The notes below the pieces were generated by a model, which worked only from the letters and a program-made list of their open reading frames with translations, was not told the DNA's origin and made no database searches. Positions 1 through 7,524 of a DNA stretch of 41,478 bases are shown here, piece by piece. Source of the DNA: a virus (lineage: Duplodnaviria; Caudoviricetes); the IMG/VR virus record IMGVR_UViG_3300043432_000155, positions 1 through 41,478 of that record. One strand, 5' to 3'. Numbering within the stretch: the first letter of the stretch is position 1; each line of letters starts with the position of its first letter. Position numbers and translations under genes: made by a program.

Positions 1-255
1 TATACGGCTTGCTGCGCCGCGTCTCGGCGTCGTGCGGCACACCATTGCGCAGTGTGATGAACTCATCTATGCTATTAGGTCGCATACACTTAGCTTTCGG
101 TTGCACTGACAACTGTGCATATCAGCGCTAACCATGCTGCTCTAACGTCTGGTAACCAACCCTCGAAGCCTAGATACACGTCTGGATCTGAAAAAAAGCA
201 GTCACGCATCGCGCGTAACTCTCCACCCCTAGAGCGCCAAGCCAGTACGAGCCAC
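1..255. repeat. Terminal direct overlap, copy 1 (matches 41224-41478); circular or terminally redundant genome
   Basis: 13-255 equals 41236-41478 except one C/T difference (128 vs 41351). 1-12 is the reverse complement of 41224-41235. Confidence 0.95.
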
Positions 256-374
256 ATGCCGCCGTCGCCCCGTCTTACAGCCATCTCCCAGTAGCCACAG
301 CTTAACCAGACATCACTGTTAGCGATGTCATCGCCTACTGCATGCGCGACCAGACACGCCGATCGATTTCTCAC
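90..374 (-). CDS. Hypothetical protein (94 aa)
   Basis: Track ORF 90..410. The likely start is GTG at 374, which overlaps (GTGA) the stop of the upstream micro-ORF. Its stop lies 4 nt before the helicase ATG across the circle junction. Confidence 0.6.
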   Translation of the reverse strand: MRNRSACLVAHAVGDDIANSDVWLSCGYWEMAVRRGDGGMWLVLAWRSRGGELRAMRDCFFSDPDVYLGFEGWLPDVRAAWLALICTVVSATES

Positions 375-442
375 CGTACTATCATGTCGCATAGTATAAC
401 GATCCCGCACAGTATAGAAGCCGCAACAGCAACTTCAGTCAT
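371..442 (-). CDS. Small hydrophobic peptide (23 aa, MTEVAVAASILCGIVILCDMIVR)
   Basis: Read manually. It overlaps neighbours at both ends and has a single TM-like stretch. Confidence 0.45.
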   Translation of the reverse strand: MTEVAVAASILCGIVILCDMIVR

Positions 443-506
443 CGCTACCAAGCCACTTTGCGAGTACCGCTAGCAGCAGCACGACCATAACAAATAGTAA
501 GACCAT
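435..506 (-). CDS. Small hydrophobic peptide (23 aa, MVLLFVMVVLLLAVLAKWLGSDD)
   Basis: Read manually. TGATG overlap with the stop of the upstream gene at 506; one TM helix. Confidence 0.55.
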   Translation of the reverse strand: MVLLFVMVVLLLAVLAKWLGSDD

Positions 507-793
507 CAGACGCCCCCTCTGCTCAGAGCAGCCTGCAGGTGATTTATAAGTCCACGTACTCGCCCCGCATGAACATCGCAGCTTGCACGTCGATCAAAGG
601 CATGCCCTTCACACCGTGCTTGCGCGCCAAAGCGCACAGTGTCTGACGCATACGCTTTCAACGGTCTATCCGTGTACGCCGCGATGTGCAGCTCCTCGGC
701 CAGACGGTTGCACCGCGCTCGCAGTGTAGCGAGGTGCGTGGATCCCATTGCCGCAGCGTAGAGCTGCGATGCCCGGTTGATACCTGCTGTCAT
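506..793 (-). CDS. Hypothetical protein (95 aa)
   Basis: Track ORF 506..877. ATG at 793 is preceded by the purine-rich RBS GAAAGGGTGAAGGGT, and the upstream part is structured non-coding sequence. Confidence 0.7.
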   Translation of the reverse strand: MTAGINRASQLYAAAMGSTHLATLRARCNRLAEELHIAAYTDRPLKAYASDTVRFGAQARCEGHAFDRRASCDVHAGRVRGLINHLQAALSRGGV

Positions 794-815
794 ACCCTTC
801 ACCCTTTCATTCTGT

Positions 816-950
816 CTCTCGACACTACGATCCGAAAGCTGGCTCGGCTGAGCAAGACGGGGTGTCATCCGCACCATGCGGCACCGCCTAGCCTGACCTT
901 TACTGCCGGATCGCAGTGTCGAGAGGGGGAGGCGACCCTCCCCCGTCGCG
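816..950 (-). ncRNA. Candidate structured RNA or processing element in the early arm
   Basis: A 19-bp inverted repeat (816-834/907-925) whose only mismatch is a G-U pair on the minus strand, enclosing internal hairpins. An adjacent hairpin GGGGGAGG-GTCG-CCTCCCCC lies at 924-943. Confidence 0.5.
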
Positions 951-955
951 CTACA

Positions 956-1447
<492 letters not shown>

Positions 1448-1449
1448 GA

Positions 1450-1689
1450 TTACTCGACCGCGCGGCGACGCTTCGTCTTCGACTTCTTCGGCTTCGCATC
1501 TTCCACAACGGGCGCGGCGCCGCTGCCGCGTGGTGCGCGCATCTTGAGGCCTTCCATTTCCTCTTTGATCTCGGCGCGGCGCGCCTTGACGGCGTCAATC
1601 TTCTCAGCGCGCAACGCCTTGCAGCGCGCCACGATCTGCGAGAGTTCCGACACGTTCAGGTCTTCGAGTTGCGTCATGATGTCTTCCAT
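1450..1689 (-). CDS. Small coiled-coil protein with basic tail (weak H-NS N-terminal-like pattern)
   Basis: LEDLNVSELSQIV...AEIKEEMEGL heptads, a Lys/Arg-rich C-terminus and biased codon usage. Confidence 0.7.
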   Translation of the reverse strand: MEDIMTQLEDLNVSELSQIVARCKALRAEKIDAVKARRAEIKEEMEGLKMRAPRGSGAAPVVEDAKPKKSKTKRRRAVE

Positions 1690-1837
1690 TTTCGATCCTA
1701 TCTGCAGCTGCCATAAGCTGCATTGCTGCTTCCGTTGCTTCCAGTTTCGTCGCGCTTACGCAACATGCGTAAGTGCTCGGTGACACGACCTTCACCAAGA
1801 AACCTTGCGGGTCTTTGGTGATGATGTAAGTGATCAT
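1604..1837 (-). CDS. Hypothetical protein
   Basis: ATGA overlap with the stop at 1834. Its 3' end overlaps the next gene by 86 nt, so it is uncertain. Confidence 0.45.
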   Translation of the reverse strand: MITYIITKDPQGFLVKVVSPSTYACCVSATKLEATEAAMQLMAAADRIENGRHHDATRRPERVGTLADRGALQGVAR

Positions 1838-2190
1838 TCTGTGCCCAACCATTTCGAGTAGCCTTCCACGCGTGCCCGTGACTCCTCTGTGAGCTGCGAT
1901 AGGCGCTTCTTGATCCTGCTCTCGGCCAGCCGCAGATCGGCTATATGCGCCACACAGAGATCAGAGGCCTCAATAGGTACAGTGAACTGCGGGATGAACG
2001 AGCATTCCCGCTCGCCCGCTTTGCCGCTGAGTAGTATCGGATACAGCTGCGGATGTGCTTCCACCATTCTCTGATCAATATCGTGCAAGTACCTACGGTA
2101 CAGATTGAGTTTGAGTCTATTTGACTCAAACCAAGCTGTCTCTGCATTCTGCGCAGCGAGCCACTCCAAGTACAGGTCATCGATAGTCAT
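1834..2190 (-). CDS. Hypothetical helical protein (118 aa)
   Basis: ORF with ATGA coupling at both ends. Confidence 0.75.
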   Translation of the reverse strand: MTIDDLYLEWLAAQNAETAWFESNRLKLNLYRRYLHDIDQRMVEAHPQLYPILLSGKAGERECSFIPQFTVPIEASDLCVAHIADLRLAESRIKKRLSQLTEESRARVEGYSKWLGTE

Positions 2191-2876
2191 TTTGGCCTCG
2201 CGAAACTGTTAGGTGGCCGGCAACCGCGTAAGCGGCACGGACAGCCATTAGGTGGATACAGGTTGCATGCAGTTGGATTCTTTTCGACCTTTTCAGAGCG
2301 CCAATCCGTACCGCGCTCTAGATGGTTTGTCAACCTATCTGCAATAGGTAGCACACGCTTCGCATACGCTTTTGTCGCTTCGGACCGCAACATAGTTGTC
2401 TCGATGCGCACGGCATTCCGCCCGGCAAACTCAGTTACCACCCAATGCAACAGCACAGACTTGGCGCCCGTCCTGTAGCAGGTATCTACAGCGTACATCA
2501 AGCGTTGTGCGTCTTCGTACGGGTTTACGGCCTTCTGGTAGCGCACCGTTTTCGTGAACTTGAGATCGCCCACAACGTTGGGCGGCCGTGCGTAATCCAC
2601 GTAGCCGAATGCGCCTGGCAGCAGCACCACACGCTCAATGTCGGCAGCATCGACCGAGCCCGGGCCTAGCCCCGTGGCTGCGATGGCTCGCACCGCCGCA
2701 AAGTCAGTGGGCTTCGGCACAACCCCATCCCGTAGGTAGCTCTGCACGACTCGGTGCAGCCGCGTGCCCTCGGCCATAGCTTGTGATTCAGGCTCTCGGA
2801 TCTGCTCGGGTCCGTACGCCGCGACGGCGCGTGCCATGCACAGCTCAGCGAGCTTCACTTTTGATGGGGATATCAT
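2187..2876 (-). CDS. PD-(D/E)XK exonuclease, Cas4/RecB-like
   Basis: ISPS..C, GTRLH, E..., GYVD, DLK, Q..MY and a C-terminal Cys cluster (ACNLYPPNGCPCRLRGC). Confidence 0.85.
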   Translation of the reverse strand: MISPSKVKLAELCMARAVAAYGPEQIREPESQAMAEGTRLHRVVQSYLRDGVVPKPTDFAAVRAIAATGLGPGSVDAADIERVVLLPGAFGYVDYARPPNVVGDLKFTKTVRYQKAVNPYEDAQRLMYAVDTCYRTGAKSVLLHWVVTEFAGRNAVRIETTMLRSEATKAYAKRVLPIADRLTNHLERGTDWRSEKVEKNPTACNLYPPNGCPCRLRGCRPPNSFARPK

Positions 2877-3205
2877 ACCCTCCCCACGAACGCCGATGCC
2901 AGATCGAGCAGTGTTGCTCTTGTCGGCTGCAGCTCAAACACATGGCCAATCGTGCCGGCGTCGCAGGTATCTGCCATAGCCTTTGCTCGACTCCGGCGAG
3001 CCTTCGACGCCGCAGCGACAAACTTGAGCACAGGACGCTTGAGTCGGTTGCTCCAACGCAACTCGTACACAGCCGCGTACCAGTAGGGGTACGCTCGCGC
3101 AGCGCCGCGCACTTTTGCGACCGAAACTCGGGACACTGGCACTGTGCCACCCGCTTGGAGATAGCCCTCAAGCGCATCTAGGTTGTTTTGGTCAGTCGGT
3201 GTCAT
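2873..3205 (-). CDS. Hypothetical protein (110 aa)
   Basis: RBS GAAAGGGAAG; ATGA coupling to the nuclease. Confidence 0.75.
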   Translation of the reverse strand: MTPTDQNNLDALEGYLQAGGTVPVSRVSVAKVRGAARAYPYWYAAVYELRWSNRLKRPVLKFVAAASKARRSRAKAMADTCDAGTIGHVFELQPTRATLLDLASAFVGRV

Positions 3206-3232
3206 GGTCTTCCCTTTCAGTCACGTCTCGTG

Positions 3233-3697
3233 TCAATCAGCTTTTACGAGACTGACTCGAATGCCGCCGTCCTGCCCATACGCGCAGTGCACGATCTCAG
3301 CATTGTTACCAAGTAACTCAGCCAGGCGCTCCACTACAGCCCCAGGCGGTCGCGCGGTTTCTAGCGCAATGGCATCAGACTGGCTTAGGCGCAACCATGC
3401 CTCGCCGTCCCGCTTGAGCGTTTCGAGAACAGCCCTCACGTCGAGATTGATCTCTCGCGTGAGCCGTGCATTCGCGTCCAGGCGCGCTTGTAGCGCATTG
3501 CTAAGGACGTGTGCTTGCCCACTGTGGCGCAAGAAACTATCCAGATCCGTATATCGTGTGACAATGCTCTGTGTCGCGTAGCTCAGCGTCCCATCACCGG
3601 ACACGCAGCGCGTTGCTGTGATCGTGCACTCGCGACTGAGCCGGCCAGGCTTGCTGATCTCATACTCAGTAGTTACAACTACTTTGGCGCTTGACAT
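3233..3697 (-). CDS. Hypothetical protein, first gene of the leftward early arm (154 aa)
   Basis: ATG at 3697 with RBS GAAAGGGAGA. The track's extension to 3955 runs through promoter and terminator sequence. Confidence 0.75.
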   Translation of the reverse strand: MSSAKVVVTTEYEISKPGRLSRECTITATRCVSGDGTLSYATQSIVTRYTDLDSFLRHSGQAHVLSNALQARLDANARLTREINLDVRAVLETLKRDGEAWLRLSQSDAIALETARPPGAVVERLAELLGNNAEIVHCAYGQDGGIRVSLVKAD

Positions 3698-3752
3698 TGT
3701 TTCTCCCTTTCGTGTTCGCCAGTCGTTGCAGCGACCGTCTCGAACGAAAAAG

Positions 3753-3781
3753 ACTCTGCCACTACCCGAAAAACATAGCAA
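3753..3781 (-). promoter_or_regulatory. Putative sigma70-type early promoter TTGCTA-17-(TGg)CAGAGT with upstream A-tracts
   Basis: Correct spacing, an extended -10 TG, and similarity to the promoter at 7418-7447. Confidence 0.55.
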
Positions 3782-3824
3782 GACCCTTTTGCATCTTTTT
3801 TCTAAGCAGCCGAGATTACGAAAT

Positions 3825-3858
3825 AAAAAGCCCTTACCTGCTAGCAACAGGTAAGGGC
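3825..3858 (-). terminator. Rho-independent terminator
   Basis: 11-bp stem GCCCTTACCTG/CAGGTAAGGGC followed by TTTTT on the minus strand. Confidence 0.8.
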
Positions 3859-3920
3859 GGGAAGGCTCGCTGGGAGGCGGAAAGGGGTTATGACGCGCTC
3901 GCGAGCCTTCACTTATAGCG

Positions 3921-3952
3921 AAAAGCCCCGCTCGGATTAGCCCGAGCGGGGC
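3921..3952 (-). terminator. Terminator-like hairpin
   Basis: GCCCCGCTCGG/CCGAGCGGGGC stem followed by TTTT on the minus strand. Confidence 0.65.
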
Positions 3953-3978
3953 CACGAATCAGCACGATCACTTGCCAT

Positions 3979-4011
3979 ACGTTGTCATGGCCGGGGCGCC
4001 TGTGTCAACGT
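3979..4011. promoter_or_regulatory. Symmetric overlapping divergent promoters
   Basis: Plus: TTGTCA(3982)-18-TGt-CAACGT(4006). Minus: TTGACA(4008)-18-TGa-CAACGT(3984). Together they form an inverted repeat. Confidence 0.5.
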
Positions 4012-4020
4012 CGGCGGTTC

Positions 4021-6369
4021 ATGACGTCATTTGGCACGATCACATTCCTCCGCACGGCTCATGCTGTGCGAACGAAAAACCTAGCGAATGGGGAGAGTTA
4101 CGCCAGAACTAGCCGCGTCGATCAAGTGCGGTCGTATGACATCGAAAGTCTCGAAGAGCTGCTCGCAATACTGCAGCGCCAGTCACGCTACACCGATGTG
4201 CACGCGATACGAGGCACGTTGATCGATGGGGCGGCCCGTCCGTACAGGCGGAAGAAAACGCACTTCTCGGACGCCCCACAACGTTGGGTGATGATCGACG
4301 TCGACAAGGGCGCGCTCGACGTTGCGGGCGCGTTGGCTCGGCTGCCCGCCCCCTTCGCCGCAGCCTCCTGTGTCTGGCAGGCATCAGCTTCATGTCCAGC
4401 CGAGGGCGGCAAATGGCACCTTTGGTTTCTGCTGGACGCGCCGCTCACTGCGGCGCAGCTCAGAGCATGGATCGGCCGCGCCCCGAACCTCGATCCCGTG
4501 TCATTGCGAGCCGTCCAACCGCTCTACACAGCCGACCCGATCGGAGCGGATGAACGCTACTGGCAGGGTCCAAGGTACGGGATCCATCACGGCCGAGTCG
4601 ACATGGTCGACACAGGTACGGCCAGTGACATTACATGTATTGTCAAAGAGGCCGCTGTCATCGCGCCCCGCACCTCCGGCACTGACTGGCGAGGCGACGT
4701 CCCACGCTACGACTGGCGAGCCGACTTCAACGTAGCCGCAGCTGGCTACAATGAGGCGAACCGTGTAGGAGCACTTGTCGGCGTCTACCTTGCCAGGAAG
4801 ACCTGGAATGATGTGGAGCACGGACACGAGACATGGGAAGCGCCTGGGCGTAGGGCGGCCGCGGCAATCGGGCAGTACGTAGCGACGCTGCCCGACGCTA
4901 AGCACGGGGTGGAAGGTTACACTGATCGGGCATTCAGTGGCATCGAGTACGGGGTGGCTGAGGAGCGCAAGCGGCTCGCAGCTCGTGTTGAGGAGCGACC
5001 GCACAGCCTAGGAGCCGCCCGTGACGCGGCTTGGCGGCGGCTGGAGCGGGCGGCCAGCACCGGCCGAGTCGAGGCTGTGCGGGCGCTGGCCCTGACAGGC
5101 CCTGTGCCGGCTGAGGAGCTTTCGACTCGGCTGGGGTGCTCCCCCGCCGAAGCGGCCGAGCTGGCGGCTGCGAGTGCCGACGTTGAGGCGATCCCGGCCC
5201 ACGACTGGCTGGTAGGGCTCGAACGAGACAAGCAGGGCTACCTACTCCCCACCGAGCTGAATGTCTTGCGCGTCGCTGAACAGACATTTGGCGGGCAGTT
5301 CCGACGCAACGTGATGAGTCAAGCGATTGAAAACGAACAAGGTGAAGAGCAGGAGCTTGATGTGGTTACGGCTCGATTGTTCGGTGCATGCGTTGCTAAC
5401 GGTATGCCGAAAGTGTCGAATAACGCGTGTCGTACGATTGTGCGGTTAGTGTTTCAGCAAGCACCTGAGCACAATCCGCTACTGGATATCGCGCCTGTAG
5501 AGAATAACGAGCTGCTAGAGCGCTGGCTTATCGATTGGTTTGGTTGTGAGGATACGGCGTATGTGCGAGCTGTTGGCGCTCGTACGCTTACCGCGTTGTT
5601 CGCCCGAGCGTATAAGCCAGGTTATAAGCACGACACTGTGCTTGTGCTGTGCGGCCCACAAGGAGCATACAAGTCGAGTACGCTTGAGACGCTTGGTAGA
5701 GCCATCTATCCGCGAGGCTATGCTAGCGCTGGCAGTAGGCCCTTGTACGAGCGCGACACTAAGGAAGCTATCCGGTCAGCGTACATTTGCGAGATAGCGG
5801 AGCTTGCTGCGATGACGGCGCGATGGGCTTCAGCCGATGCGTTGAAGGACTACATCACGAGCACAGAGGACACTTACCGCGCAGCGTATGCCGCTGAGAG
5901 CAAGACACACAAACGGCGTAACGTGCTGATCGGTACGACAAACGAGACTGAGTTCCTGAGCGACATCGAGAATCGCCGCTTTTGGCCGGTGAAGCTCCCA
6001 GCTGCAACAGAGCGCAAGAGGGTATTCACCGCGAAGCATGCACGTAGGTTGCTCGCCGCAGCACACGCTGCCTGGCTCGCGGACTCTCCCACCTACTTCC
6101 GCCCCGAAGAGGAGGAGTTACGCACCGCTCAACGTTGCGCGACGCGCGAAGTGACCGAGTCGGACGAGCTGGCGGACGCGCTCGCGCCGATGCTCGCTGA
6201 TCGCACCGAAATACTGGCGCGCGAGCTGACAGCGTTGTGCGCGGCTATCCCGCGCAACGATGGGCGGCAGGGTTGGACTGGTAAGCGCATTTCGCGCGCG
6301 ATGCGTGAGCTTGGGTGGACGCCCTATCAGCCGACGACAGGGGACCGCGCAAGGGCGTGGAAACGGTAG
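4021..6369 (+). CDS. Primase-helicase: N-terminal AEP/primase-polymerase-like domain and C-terminal VapE-family ATPase/helicase
   Basis: N-terminal WVMIDVD, SxS and WHLWFLLD motifs. C-terminal ARAYKPGYKHD, Walker A GPQGAYKSS, CEIAEL, YRAAY, IGTTN, NRRFWPV. Confidence 0.9.
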   Translation: MTSFGTITFLRTAHAVRTKNLANGESYARTSRVDQVRSYDIESLEELLAILQRQSRYTDVHAIRGTLIDGAARPYRRKKTHFSDAPQRWVMIDVDKGALDVAGALARLPAPFAAASCVWQASASCPAEGGKWHLWFLLDAPLTAAQLRAWIGRAPNLDPVSLRAVQPLYTADPIGADERYWQGPRYGIHHGRVDMVDTGTASDITCIVKEAAVIAPRTSGTDWRGDVPRYDWRADFNVAAAGYNEANRVGALVGVYLARKTWNDVEHGHETWEAPGRRAAAAIGQYVATLPDAKHGVEGYTDRAFSGIEYGVAEERKRLAARVEERPHSLGAARDAAWRRLERAASTGRVEAVRALALTGPVPAEELSTRLGCSPAEAAELAAASADVEAIPAHDWLVGLERDKQGYLLPTELNVLRVAEQTFGGQFRRNVMSQAIENEQGEEQELDVVTARLFGACVANGMPKVSNNACRTIVRLVFQQAPEHNPLLDIAPVENNELLERWLIDWFGCEDTAYVRAVGARTLTALFARAYKPGYKHDTVLVLCGPQGAYKSSTLETLGRAIYPRGYASAGSRPLYERDTKEAIRSAYICEIAELAAMTARWASADALKDYITSTEDTYRAAYAAESKTHKRRNVLIGTTNETEFLSDIENRRFWPVKLPAATERKRVFTAKHARRLLAAAHAAWLADSPTYFRPEEEELRTAQRCATREVTESDELADALAPMLADRTEILARELTALCAAIPRNDGRQGWTGKRISRAMRELGWTPYQPTTGDRARAWKR

Positions 6370-6670
6370 GAACGGGTGGAACGGCACGGAACCGATTGTT
6401 TCGTGCCGTTCCGTTCCGGCGTTGGGGCTCTATTTTCCGGGCTTTTTGAGCTATACGAACGGATGAACACTTCAATAGGGGGTAAAGTATAGGTAAAATG
6501 AAGAAAGTAGGATGATGTAGGTATAGGTCGTACTTTTGTGTTTCTATAGGAGTTTATAAAACGACCCCCCCAAACCGTGCGAACCGTGCGGGGAACTCGT
6601 AAGTGCCCGGAATCATTGGGTTGTGCGCCGCACGGATAAAATGGGCCGAACGGTACGAAAACGAAAAACG
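6361..6670. other. Putative replication origin region
   Basis: Non-coding, directly after the primase. It has multiple GAACGG/CCGTTC motifs, the inverted repeat GGAACGGCACG (6378-6412), an AT-rich purine-skewed core with TAGG repeats, and tandem AACCGTGCG. Confidence 0.6.
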
Positions 6671-6764
6671 ATCGCCCACCAACGTTGATCGCGCGTTGAT
6701 CAACCAAGAGGCTCTCGAATCGGCTCGACCTAGGGTTTACCTTTCCCTACATGAACCCGACGCG

Positions 6765-6799
6765 AAAAAGCCCGCCCCACAACGTCGGTGGAGCGGGCT
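6765..6799 (-). terminator. Rho-independent terminator
   Basis: AGCCCGCTCCAC/GTGGGGCGGGCT stem followed by TTTT on the minus strand. Confidence 0.75.
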
Positions 6800-6823
6800 A
6801 TGCCGTTATTGGTGGTTCAGCTG
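6769..6823. repeat. About 54-bp gene-end/hairpin module, copy A (copy B at 7000-7052)
   Basis: Shared AGCCCGCCCCA...GGGCTATGCCGTTATTGGYGGTTCAGCTG. Confidence 0.9.
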
Positions 6824-6966
6824 AGTGGGTCGTCTTCGTCTGCGTACTCGCTGTTGTCGGCGAAGGGCGCGGCAGAGCCGCAGTTAGCGCAGATGGGTTC
6901 GCCAGTGTCTTCGCAATAGGACTGGCTAAGGATGGGGTGGCCGCAGTCAGGGCAGGATTGGGTCAT
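6817..6966 (-). CDS. Small zinc-ribbon protein (49 aa) with acidic tail
   Basis: CPDC...CANC; purine-rich leader. Confidence 0.75.
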   Translation of the reverse strand: MTQSCPDCGHPILSQSYCEDTGEPICANCGSAAPFADNSEYADEDDPLS

Positions 6967-6999
6967 CGTGGAGCTTTCTTTCTTTCGTAGCAAGAGACT

Positions 7000-7052
7000 A
7001 GCCCGCCCCAACAATGTTGGGGTGGGCTATGCCGTTATTGGCGGTTCAGCTG
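7000..7052. repeat. About 54-bp gene-end/hairpin module, copy B
   Basis: See copy A. The hairpin is retained but has no U-tract. Confidence 0.9.
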
Positions 7053-7369
7053 TCGGTGCAGGCTGAGCAGTAACTACCGTTGCCGCAGCTTGCGCGCTTA
7101 TACGGGCACTTGGGTGCGCCGTAGATATCCTCAAACGACAGGTCACCAACCGTCGTACCTGGGGCGTATACGTGGACGATCAAGGTGTTGCCCTTGCGCT
7201 CGCCCTGCACCGTCCAACCCGTTGTGAGTGCCAGAACATCCCACACAAAGCGCTGCACGGATAGCATGGTGGCGTCTGGGCCAAGCTGCGCGGCGACTTC
7301 ATGAGCGTCCAGCTCGACAGCGACGTGTTTGACTTTGAGTGCGCGGTTCTTGATCTCTTCGATGTTCAT
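7046..7369 (-). CDS. Hypothetical protein (107 aa) with a C-terminal 4-Cys motif
   Basis: ATG at 7369 downstream of a promoter; ends KCPYKRASCGNGSYCSACTDS. Confidence 0.8.
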   Translation of the reverse strand: MNIEEIKNRALKVKHVAVELDAHEVAAQLGPDATMLSVQRFVWDVLALTTGWTVQGERKGNTLIVHVYAPGTTVGDLSFEDIYGAPKCPYKRASCGNGSYCSACTDS

Positions 7370-7417
7370 GTTGGTCAGTTCTTTCGTTCGGTTCGTTGAG
7401 TTGGCGTGACAAGAGAG

Positions 7418-7447
7418 ACTATGCACTAACTTCAGTTACGAAAGCAA
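7418..7447 (-). promoter_or_regulatory. Putative early promoter TTGCTT-18-CATAGT with A-rich UP element
   Basis: Spacing, AT-rich upstream sequence and similarity to 3753-3781. The palindrome TAACTtcAGTTA lies inside the spacer. Confidence 0.55.
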
Positions 7448-7524
7448 CTGCTGTTTACGTTTTTATTTCAGTTATCTAACTTGATACGCTACAAGGCGCA
7501 GTCCCCCTACCGAAAACTATGGCA

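Larger units (their letters stand above)
3820..3975 (-). ncRNA. Candidate small RNA with three consecutive hairpins
   Basis: Lies between a leftward TTGACA promoter (4008-3979) and a terminator (3858-3825). Hairpins are at 3925-3952, 3861-3910 and 3830-3858. Confidence 0.45.

Noticed and set aside
816-925. Hammerhead, SRP or tRNA identity for the structured element
   Set aside because: There is no correctly placed CUGANGA/GAAA core, no SRP GNRA/AGCAG loop despite GGUCAGG, and no cloverleaf. It is kept as an unknown structure.
2187-2876. Cas4-like nuclease as evidence of a CRISPR-Cas system
   Set aside because: Stand-alone Cas4/RecB-like nucleases are routine in phage replication arms, and there is no array or cas1/cas2.
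3698-3955. N-terminal extension of ORF 3233..3955 (similarly the extensions of 7525..8211 and 30644..31069)
   Set aside because: The extensions cross promoter or terminator elements or opposite-strand genes; internal ATGs have better RBS or promoter support.
6245-6990. ORFs across the origin-like region (6245..6475, 6327..6707, 6603..6824, 6751..6990)
   Set aside because: They derive from repeats or are antisense to better-supported genes, and lack RBS or codon bias.
6769-7052. Possible mini-CRISPR array formed by the duplicated hairpin module
   Set aside because: There are only two imperfect copies, separated by a protein-coding gene rather than a 25-45 nt spacer, and no cas genes.
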